Positions 8,887 through 15,884 are shown, numbered from the stretch's first letter. The stretch is DNA of 26,042 bases from a virus (IMGVR_UViG_3300037692_000228:1-26042); one strand, 5' to 3'. Notes: generated by a model from the sequence alone, not told the origin. Numbers and translations are program-made.

Positions 8887-9003
8887 CTGACCGTGAATAC
8901 GTTGCGTCGCAAATCTCCAGCGACGATTCCGACGCAACCAGGCGCGCCGTCGAATAACCGTTGAACTAAACGGCGGCGCTCTTTTTGAGAGGCGGTTACA
9001 CGG

Positions 9004-9618
9004 ATGGACAAGCATATGGAAAAGCTTCGCGCGGCGGCCGCACGGTGGCGGGACAGCCTCAAAGAGATCGGGGTGCTGTTGAACGCGATCACTGAGGAAG
9101 CCAAACGCGAGGCGGCCCGGATGATGCTGCGGGAGGAATTCGGCATCAACAAAGTCGCCACCGGAATCGCTATGCGCTGGGCGGCCGGCGAACTCGGCAC
9201 GGACAATCAGGCCGGGGTCGCTATCGGGAAAATCCCGTGGAGCGTGCTGGAAAAAATGCCGACGGCGACGGTGCTCGACGCAGTGACCGCCAAGCATGAG
9301 GTTTGGAATCCGGCAACTGGACAGTGCGAGAGCAAGCCGCTTGAGAAAATGACCCGGTGCGAGGTCAACAACAACATTTCTCGGCTTGGTTTTCGCAAGG
9401 CGGTGGATCGTCGGTCCACCAAGGTGTCGCGATTCGAGGCAATCGACGGGCACGAGGAAAACGGCTGGGCGGTGGTTCGGGTTGGCGGCACTCCGCCGTT
9501 CGAGGTTCGTATCGGCCGTCCGCTGCTGACAACTCTCTGGAATGCGTTGTGCAACGGCGGGGCTGCGGCGGTTGAAGTTGACGCGAAGCCGACGAAAAAG
9601 GCACGGAAAACAGGGTAG
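9004..9618 (+). CDS. Unknown protein co-transcribed with the Cas12f-like gene
   Basis: Clean 204-aa ORF downstream of the promoter. The helical N-terminus (EIGVLL...LREEFGI) is only weakly reminiscent of DUF3102-type phage proteins. Its stop codon lies inside a repeat core. Confidence 0.7.
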   Translation: MDKHMEKLRAAAARWRDSLKEIGVLLNAITEEAKREAARMMLREEFGINKVATGIAMRWAAGELGTDNQAGVAIGKIPWSVLEKMPTATVLDAVTAKHEVWNPATGQCESKPLEKMTRCEVNNNISRLGFRKAVDRRSTKVSRFEAIDGHEENGWAVVRVGGTPPFEVRIGRPLLTTLWNALCNGGAAAVEVDAKPTKKARKTG

Positions 9619-9951
9619 CTACAGGCGCTCTTCATGCGGAAGCGTACATCGACAATGGTGGTAGTTACAGGGCAACCAGGTCCATGGCATGGCGTCGCGC
9701 CTCGCGCGCGCGTGGTAGTTGCAGGCACGCAACTTCAACAACAACACCGGCCGCGTTGTGAATGACCCCAATCGGGGAGGTAGTTGCAGGGTAGTACGGT
9801 TATACGCTTTGTAGTCGTTTGTTGTAAGTGACCCCAGAAGGGGAGGTAGTTACAGGACCTTGCGCGGGTGGTCATTGCCCGCATGTTGCAAATGGCCGGA
9901 AACGGCCGGGTGGTTACAGGTTACGTCAGAGTTGGACGAGGTAGTTGCAGA
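9614..9951 (+). CRISPR. Degenerate CRISPR-like array upstream of the Cas12f-like gene
   Basis: GGTRGYTRCAG(G) cores at 9614, 9660, 9714, 9779, 9845, 9909 and 9940. Three 36-nt units begin GTTG (9755-9790, 9821-9856, 9885-9920), each with an internal hairpin. Unique spacers of 29, 30 and 28 nt lie at 9726-9754, 9791-9820 and 9857-9884. Confidence 0.75.
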
Positions 9952-11232
9952 ATGATCGCTCCACCGGAATCTACGGAAATGGAAAATGTCCTCAAGAAAC
10001 AGCCAGTGTGCGGCGAATTCTTCGACCTGATTCCCAGCCCGGATCAGTACAAGATGCTCCGCGAAATCGGCGACACGACAACGCCCGCATTTAACGCGGC
10101 GTGGATGCAGTTTCGTCTCGCCGATCCAACCGATATCGGAGCCTATGCTCGCGAGGTGCGCGAATGCAACGCGACGCTCCGCGCATGGCACGAAGCGGTT
10201 AAACGCGACGGCAAGAAGCTGGCTGGTCCGAAACCGAAGTGGACCGCTCAAATGGCCAAGATGGACCTCTCCGCAGCGACCAAGGCCGCGTATGAGATCG
10301 GCAAGACGCTGTGTGCCGCAAGCGGTGATCGCAAGGGCCTGCACTCCCATATCTACGGGTGCGCCGCCCGCCAGGTCGGACAACTCTACTGGCGCAGCCG
10401 CCAGCAATTCCTACTTGCAGATAGATCCATCCCGGTGTCCAAGCGTCGAAAGATCGCAATTCGTCAGACTCTTATCTCCGTGCGAGTCAGCCCGGAAAAT
10501 CCGAAGTGGTTTGACCTGGGCATCGTGTTTCACGCAAAGGCCGATCCGGTTTGGTTTCCGATGAAAACAACCGGCAAGAGCGAACACACCCTGCGTTGGC
10601 TCGCGGAGGTCGCCGCGGGCACGGCCAAGACCTCCGACGCAATGCTCAGCGAAAAGATGATCGGCCATAAGACCCGGTGGCGTCTCGCGGTTGCCCGGCG
10701 ACGGTATGCGGGCGAGGCGATGGTAGCCGAGAAAGAGCCGGTATCCGGCCGACAGCTTGTCTGCTACGTGCCGCAGAGTTCGGACCGGGCAGAGTTCCTT
10801 GCGTTGCAACCGGAACCGATCAGCGGGCGTCCGTGGCGTGAATACGTGGTTTGGCGAGATCTGGAAAACTGGAAGTATCGCGACGAAAGACTGCGCCGGT
10901 CGATGGGCAACTGTTACGCTCAGTCGCCAAGGGGCGCGGGACGCGGCCACGGGCGCAAGCGGGCAATCAAGAACAAGCTCAGTTATCGGGAGCGGTACGA
11001 ACGCCGGGTGAACAATTGGATCGAGAACCGTTCGCTGCACATCGTCAAGGTTGCCCTGCGGAATCGCTGCGAGGGCATCCTGATGCAAAACCTGTCGGCC
11101 TATGCCGGGCCGAAGGTGCTGGGCGATCGGTTTCCGTACCATCGGTTCGCTCTGCGAGTCGAGCAAAAGGCAAAAGAGAGCGGCCTGACTTATTCGGCGA
11201 TTGAAACGCCGAAGATCGAAGAGGCCGCTTGA
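9952..11232 (+). CDS. Nuclease-dead Cas12f/TnpB-family RNA-guided DNA-binding protein (alternative start 9979)
   Basis: Motifs are collinear with Cas12f1 as I recall it: LLADRSIPVSKR (~LRGDMSIPSYKR), RWRLAV (~KWYLNI), GRGHGRKRAIK (~RGGHGRDKRIK), IVKVALRNRCEGILMQNL (~IVDMAIKEGCGTIQMEDL), FPYHRFALRVEQKAKESGL (~WTYYDLQQKIIYKAEEAGI). There is no GIDLG Asp, RuvC-II Glu is Gln, and the protein ends before the Zn-ribbon/RuvC-III. Confidence 0.8.
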   Translation: MIAPPESTEMENVLKKQPVCGEFFDLIPSPDQYKMLREIGDTTTPAFNAAWMQFRLADPTDIGAYAREVRECNATLRAWHEAVKRDGKKLAGPKPKWTAQMAKMDLSAATKAAYEIGKTLCAASGDRKGLHSHIYGCAARQVGQLYWRSRQQFLLADRSIPVSKRRKIAIRQTLISVRVSPENPKWFDLGIVFHAKADPVWFPMKTTGKSEHTLRWLAEVAAGTAKTSDAMLSEKMIGHKTRWRLAVARRRYAGEAMVAEKEPVSGRQLVCYVPQSSDRAEFLALQPEPISGRPWREYVVWRDLENWKYRDERLRRSMGNCYAQSPRGAGRGHGRKRAIKNKLSYRERYERRVNNWIENRSLHIVKVALRNRCEGILMQNLSAYAGPKVLGDRFPYHRFALRVEQKAKESGLTYSAIETPKIEEAA

Positions 11233-11344
11233 TAGTAGGTCGGGGGTGTCTGTACACCCCAAAGGCGAGAAAGTGGCGGGCCAGCAGTTACGAGAGCCGC
11301 GCAATACGCTCAGCCAAGCTACCACTTTGCGTGCGGGTTACAGG
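11233..11344 (+). ncRNA. Candidate tracrRNA/omegaRNA-like scaffold
   Basis: Hairpin GGGGTGT/ACACCCC (11243-11260), stem AAAGTGG/CCACTTT (11270-11276 / 11322-11328), and AGCTACCAC (11317-11325) complementary to the repeat GTGGTAGTT. The region ends in a repeat core. Confidence 0.4.
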
Positions 11345-11526
11345 GCGCCGCGCGGCTTCGGTTAAACCTCGCGCCCGCGCGCGTGTGGGCTACAGGCCGA
11401 AGACGTGGACCTGCTGCCCGCCAGCCTCATCGCGCCCGCGCGCGTGTGGGTTACAGGCAGCGGAAACCGCGCGATCATTACGACGTCGCCGCCCGGCGCG
11501 CCTCGCGCCCGCGTGGTAGTTGCAGG
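11333..11526 (+). CRISPR. Second degenerate CRISPR-like array downstream of the Cas12f-like gene
   Basis: TCGCGCCCGCGCGCGTGTGGGYTACAGG at 11369-11396 and 11430-11457 (27/28 identical). 11497-11526 is 29/30 identical to 9696-9725. A core-only copy is at 11333-11344. Intervening sequences are unique. Confidence 0.7.
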
Positions 11527-11657
11527 ATCCAGTGTTTTCTGGTCTGCGAGAGTTTTAGAATCTCCGAGATCGCCCCCGCCCACTATCTATGCGAAAAATC
11601 AAAGCGCAGCATCATTGAAGGCTTGACGGCTTTCTTGTTGCTGCGTTTATTGATTTC

Positions 11658-11858
11658 ATGCCAGACACGATCCGTGACGCAATCCGCGAAAACGCCGTTG
11701 GGCCCAAGGCGGCCTCGACGGACAACCTGAGCGTGACTCAGCATTCGCTCGACGATCAGATCAAGGCGGCGAAGTTTGTCGCCGACGAGGAATCTGCATC
11801 CAAGCCGCACCGCGGTTTGAGGTTCACGAAAATGGTAATGCCGGAGACTTCATCCTAG
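11658..11858 (+). CDS. Head completion/adaptor (gpW-like position) small protein
   Basis: 66-aa ORF immediately before a lambda-type portal. The SVTQHSLDDQIKA pattern fits small pre-portal proteins. Confidence 0.6.
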   Translation: MPDTIRDAIRENAVGPKAASTDNLSVTQHSLDDQIKAAKFVADEESASKPHRGLRFTKMVMPETSS

Positions 11859-11986
11859 CGAAAACGGAACTCTAACATCGCGGGGCAAACCAAAGGCTGA
11901 TCACCGGCGGGATGCAAAGATTCAGGCTTCTTGGGGCCAAGACCCTTTGAAGCCTTCATTTTTGCGCCCCGCTTTTGAAACACGCT

Positions 11987-13639
11987 ATGGTCACTTGGCT
12001 CGCCGGAAAACTTGGGTTCGTCTCGAAGAAGAGAGTGCGGGACCGCCTTCGTGGTTCCGTCTCCCAGCGGTTTGACGCCGCGGCTCAGACGCCGCAGACC
12101 AGAAAGCACTGGGCGCACGCGGACGGCATGGCTGCCGATGTGGCCGCCGACCCGGCAACCAGAACGATCCTCAGAAACCGGGCCAGGTACGAAAGATTTA
12201 ACAATCCCTACATGGCGGGCCAGCTTCGCACACTGGCCAACGACGTGATCGGGATTGGCCCGGCACTCCAATTGCTGACTCCGAACGAGTCAGTCAACAC
12301 GAACGTCGAGGCCCGATTCGACGAATGGGCGGAGGCGGCCCGGCTCGCATCGAAGCTGCGCATGGTTCGCGAAGTCCGCGCGGCCGACGGCGAAATCTTC
12401 ATTCGCCTGGTCCACAATCCGATGCTGCGGACGCCGGTTAAGCTCGACATCGCCTTGATCGAAGCGGATCAGTGTTTCAGCCCGTCGTTTTCGGTTTGGG
12501 ACGATCAGCCGGACGGCATCGAACTGGATCGCTACGGCAACCCGGCGTTCTACTGGTTTGCCAAGAACCACCCCGGCGACATCGGGCTCGGCTCGTTTTC
12601 CCCTGACGACTTCACGCGCGTTCCCGCCCGCGACGTGATGCACTTCTTCAAGCAAGAGCGCCCCGGCCAGCATCGCGGCCTACCGGAGATCGTTTCGTCA
12701 CTGAATCTGCACGCGGAGCGCCGCAATTACCGCCAGTCCACCCTGACTGCGGCCAGAGCGGTCGCAAGCCTTGGAGCGGTGATTCTTTCCACGGAGACAG
12801 AGGCGGACATTAACGAGCTTCCGGCCGAGTTCGACTCGATCGAAATCGAACAGGGCATGATGACCCAGGCGCCCTACGGCACCAAGGCCAGTCAGATGCG
12901 GCCAGAGCAGCCGAGCACCACTTACCGGGACTTCAACGAGCAATTGATTAACGAGCAGGCCCGGCCGCTGAACATGCCGTTCAACATCGCCGCGGCCGAC
13001 TCCAGCAAATACAACTTCGCGTCCGGCCGGCTCGATCACCAGGTCTACGACCGGACGGTTCGCATCGATCAGCAGGAGATCGAGGACATCATCCTGCGTC
13101 CGATCATTCAAGCCTGGTCGCTCGAAGCGACAAGCATTCCGAACTATCTGCCCGGGCGCGCGGGCCAAGTGTATCTGCCCGACCGGAAGGATCCGGATTG
13201 GCTTGTTCCATGTCTGTGGATCTGGGGCGATCGGGACCATGTTGACCCGGCCAAGGAGGCCAGCGCGACCGAAACGCGGCTTCGAACCAGAACCAGCACC
13301 CTTGCCGTCGAGTACGCGCGGACCCGTCGCGATTGGCGGGACGAAATCCATCAAAGCGGCCGAGAGCGCGAAGCGCTCGACGCGGCCGGTCTGTGGCAGG
13401 CAGACGCACAGCTTGCCCCGCGCATCCTCGAAGTGGTCAAGGCCATACCGCAAATCGGCAAACTCGCCGCCATTGAAATGCTGCTTGTGTTCGGCGTTCC
13501 CGAGTCGCGAGCGGCAGTAATCGTCGAGCATGCCAGCAAGCAGCCGCCGCCGGTTGTTGTGCCGCCGAATCCGACAGCCGACTTGAACGGATCGGCCAGT
13601 CGCAACGGCCGAGGACGCATCCTGGAGGTTTCCCGATGA
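11987..13639 (+). CDS. Portal protein, lambda family
   Basis: RNRARYERFNNPY, GEIF, GIELDRYG, QHRGLP, NFASGRLD and HVDPAKEA motifs. Start is ATG 11987 or TTG 11975. Confidence 0.9.
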   Translation: MVTWLAGKLGFVSKKRVRDRLRGSVSQRFDAAAQTPQTRKHWAHADGMAADVAADPATRTILRNRARYERFNNPYMAGQLRTLANDVIGIGPALQLLTPNESVNTNVEARFDEWAEAARLASKLRMVREVRAADGEIFIRLVHNPMLRTPVKLDIALIEADQCFSPSFSVWDDQPDGIELDRYGNPAFYWFAKNHPGDIGLGSFSPDDFTRVPARDVMHFFKQERPGQHRGLPEIVSSLNLHAERRNYRQSTLTAARAVASLGAVILSTETEADINELPAEFDSIEIEQGMMTQAPYGTKASQMRPEQPSTTYRDFNEQLINEQARPLNMPFNIAAADSSKYNFASGRLDHQVYDRTVRIDQQEIEDIILRPIIQAWSLEATSIPNYLPGRAGQVYLPDRKDPDWLVPCLWIWGDRDHVDPAKEASATETRLRTRTSTLAVEYARTRRDWRDEIHQSGREREALDAAGLWQADAQLAPRILEVVKAIPQIGKLAAIEMLLVFGVPESRAAVIVEHASKQPPPVVVPPNPTADLNGSASRNGRGRILEVSR

Positions 13640-15822
13640 AACGCGGCAAACGCAAAGCCAAAGCATCCCAGCCGGCCGTCGCCCAGATGATGCGCATGCA
13701 CTCCCCGGTCGAGGTCGCGTTCCAGCCGGACGGATCGGGCAAGCCGCCGACCTTCACCTGCAACGCCTACAACGGCGGCGCGGCACACCCGTACTGGCCC
13801 GGTCACGGCGATCGGCCGGTTGTGACCGATCTTGCGGGCATCAGCGCCGTCGAGCCGGTCCCGGTGCTGTTGGATCACTGGGAGTCCGCCATTGTCGGCC
13901 AGACCTCAAAGCTCGCGATCACCAAAGAAGCATTGAATGTTTCCGGCATCATCACTGGGGCCCTCGATGAGGACGGGCCCGCCAAGACTGTCGTCACGCA
14001 CGCACGGAACGGATTCACCTGGCGGGCCAGCGTTGGATTGCAGCCGACTGCCGTGGAAACCGTCGAGTCCGGTGAAACCGTCAAAGCTAACGGGCGCGAG
14101 TTCGACGGCCCTCTCTACGTGATCCGCAAAAGCGAATTACTTGAAATCAGTTTTCTTTCGATCGCCGCAGACTCGGGCACAAGCGTCAAGGTCGCGGCCA
14201 GAAAAGGAGTCAACCACATGGATTTTGAAAAATGGCTTGCTCAACTCGGATTCGCCTCAAAGGATCTGACCGTTGACCAGCGAACCAGCCTCGAAGCGAA
14301 GTTCAAGGCGGAGCAGGAGGACGATTCGGACGACGACGAAAAAGACGACGAGGACATGGACGCCAAGAAGACCAAGAAGGCGTCCAAGTCGGCCGTTCGA
14401 TCGGAGCGCGTCAATCACTCTCCGCGGCCTCGCCAGATCGACGACGTGATGGCCGAGGCCAAGGCGAAGCGCGAGCGGCGATCGGGAATCGAAACGCTCA
14501 TGACGCAGTTCGCCGCGGATTACCCCGACGCGATCGAGATGATCGAGGAGCAGGGCGTCAAGGCGATCCAGGATGAAACCTGGACGGTCCGCGACTTCGA
14601 GAACCACCTGCTTCGAACCTGCTCGCGGAGCCAGCGTGTCGATACCACGCTTCGCGGATCGAAGGCGTCGAGCACTATCGCCTCGGAGGAAATCGAGGCT
14701 GGGCTCTGCCGGGCGATGGGCATGAGGGGCGAAGCGCTCGCGAAGAGCTTCTCGTCTCGCACGCTTGAGGCTTCGAATCGCCGGTGGCGACACGGCCTCA
14801 GCCTTGCGGACGCGCTTCAGTTTGCCGCACAGGCCCACGGGGTCACGGAGAACATTCGAACCCACACGCAGGAAGTTCTTGCCGCTGCAATGCCGCCTCC
14901 TGGGGCTCGTTTCGGTGCGGGCGGGCCGTCCACTTACGACGTGTCCGGGATCCTTGGGAACGTGCTTAACCGGATGGTCGTGGACTATTTCGGGAAAGTT
15001 GACACGACCGCGATGATGAGAATCACGGCAGTCCGTCCGACTCGCGACTTCCGCGACGTTGAAAGCTACGCGATCACCTCCGACATGCAGTTCGAACGCC
15101 TCGCGCCGGGCGGAGAGATTCGTCACGGCAGTTTCGGCGAGCAGGTGTACCGGAACCGCGCAGAGACGTTCGCTCGGATGATCACGATCACCCGGCAGGA
15201 CATCATCAACGACGATATCGGCGCGCTTGATCGGATCGCGCAGGCCCTTGGCCGTGGCGGAGCGCTGGCTTTGCTTCATCGTTTCTGGACTGTGTTCATC
15301 GCGAACACCGCTTTCTTCTCGACCGCCAACGGAAACTTCCTTGACGGCGCCGGAACCGCGCTCGATCTCGACAGCCTGACCGATGCGAAGGTCTTGTTCA
15401 ATCAGCAAACCGATCCGAACGGCAAGCCGATGAACATCAGCCCGCGGATTCTGCTTGTTCCGCCCGAACTCGAAGCGACCGCACGCACGATCCTGCAAAG
15501 CCAGTTGATCGTGATCGCTGGCGACGCGGACCGAACGCTTGGCGACGCCAACATCCATGCCGGGACGCTCGACCTTGCGATGTCGCGAGAGCTTTCCAAT
15601 CTGAGTTACACCGGCTTCTCCGACAAGAAGTGGTATCTGCTCGCAGAGCCTTCGGAGGTTCCGGCCATTCAGACCATGTTCTTGAACGGGGTTGACCGGC
15701 CGACCATCGAAAACGCCCAGGCCGATTTCAACATGTTGGGCATTTCGCTACGCGGCTACTTCGATTTCGGCGTTGCCCTGCAAGAGCCGCGCGCCGGTGT
15801 TGCCATGAAGGGCGAAGCGTAA
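13636..15822 (+). CDS. Prohead protease-scaffold-major capsid fusion (Mu gpT-like capsid domain)
   Basis: N-terminal protease-like AYNGG...VLLDH...ASVG...EISFLSIAAD, a charged linker, and C-terminal capsid motifs GEIRHG, ITRQDIINDD, PRILLVPPELE and YFDFG. Confidence 0.85.
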   Translation: MKRGKRKAKASQPAVAQMMRMHSPVEVAFQPDGSGKPPTFTCNAYNGGAAHPYWPGHGDRPVVTDLAGISAVEPVPVLLDHWESAIVGQTSKLAITKEALNVSGIITGALDEDGPAKTVVTHARNGFTWRASVGLQPTAVETVESGETVKANGREFDGPLYVIRKSELLEISFLSIAADSGTSVKVAARKGVNHMDFEKWLAQLGFASKDLTVDQRTSLEAKFKAEQEDDSDDDEKDDEDMDAKKTKKASKSAVRSERVNHSPRPRQIDDVMAEAKAKRERRSGIETLMTQFAADYPDAIEMIEEQGVKAIQDETWTVRDFENHLLRTCSRSQRVDTTLRGSKASSTIASEEIEAGLCRAMGMRGEALAKSFSSRTLEASNRRWRHGLSLADALQFAAQAHGVTENIRTHTQEVLAAAMPPPGARFGAGGPSTYDVSGILGNVLNRMVVDYFGKVDTTAMMRITAVRPTRDFRDVESYAITSDMQFERLAPGGEIRHGSFGEQVYRNRAETFARMITITRQDIINDDIGALDRIAQALGRGGALALLHRFWTVFIANTAFFSTANGNFLDGAGTALDLDSLTDAKVLFNQQTDPNGKPMNISPRILLVPPELEATARTILQSQLIVIAGDADRTLGDANIHAGTLDLAMSRELSNLSYTGFSDKKWYLLAEPSEVPAIQTMFLNGVDRPTIENAQADFNMLGISLRGYFDFGVALQEPRAGVAMKGEA

Positions 15823-15884
15823 GCGGCGGAGATCACGCATTGACCGCAGCGGGTAACGCTGCCTGACCGATAGGAGGAGTTCAA

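Noticed and set aside
9626-9689. Spacer starts matching the leader (GCAACCAGG at 8934-8942; CGCTCTT at 8977-8983)
   Set aside because: The matches are 7-9 nt with no shared 5' flanking motif, which is compatible with chance. Autoregulation is not excluded but is unsupported.
9694-9725. Type I-C CRISPR repeat (GTCGCGCC...GCGCGTGG resemblance)
   Set aside because: It lacks the ATTGAAAC end, there are no cas5/7/8 genes, and the shared 3' core ties it to the local type V-like family. A decoy role against host type I-C cannot be excluded.
9726-9754. AAC-rich spacer as a DGR template repeat, or self-target at 9365-9376 (TCAACAACAACA)
   Set aside because: The match is only 12 nt of low complexity, and there is no reverse transcriptase or long TR/VR pair in the window.
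9868-9951. ORF-track N-terminal extension of the Cas12f-like protein (GTG 9868)
   Set aside because: It runs through repeat and spacer units. ATG 9952 or 9979 is more plausible.
11397-11540. Short spacer matches to 8551-8559 (AAGACGTGG) and 24730-24737 (ATCCAGTG)
   Set aside because: 8-9 nt matches are expected by chance in 26 kb.
8762-11657. Active IS200/IS605 or IS607 transposon
   Set aside because: No TnpA (HUH or serine recombinase) is present, the nuclease is inactivated, and multiple spaced repeats are not an IS feature.
11229-11730. ORFs 11229-11519, 11383-11730 and 11405-11626
   Set aside because: They are Arg/Ala-rich translations of the repeat array and have no coding signature.
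15846-15862. Hairpin GCAGCG/CGCTGC after the capsid gene as a terminator
   Set aside because: The stem is short and has no U-tract.
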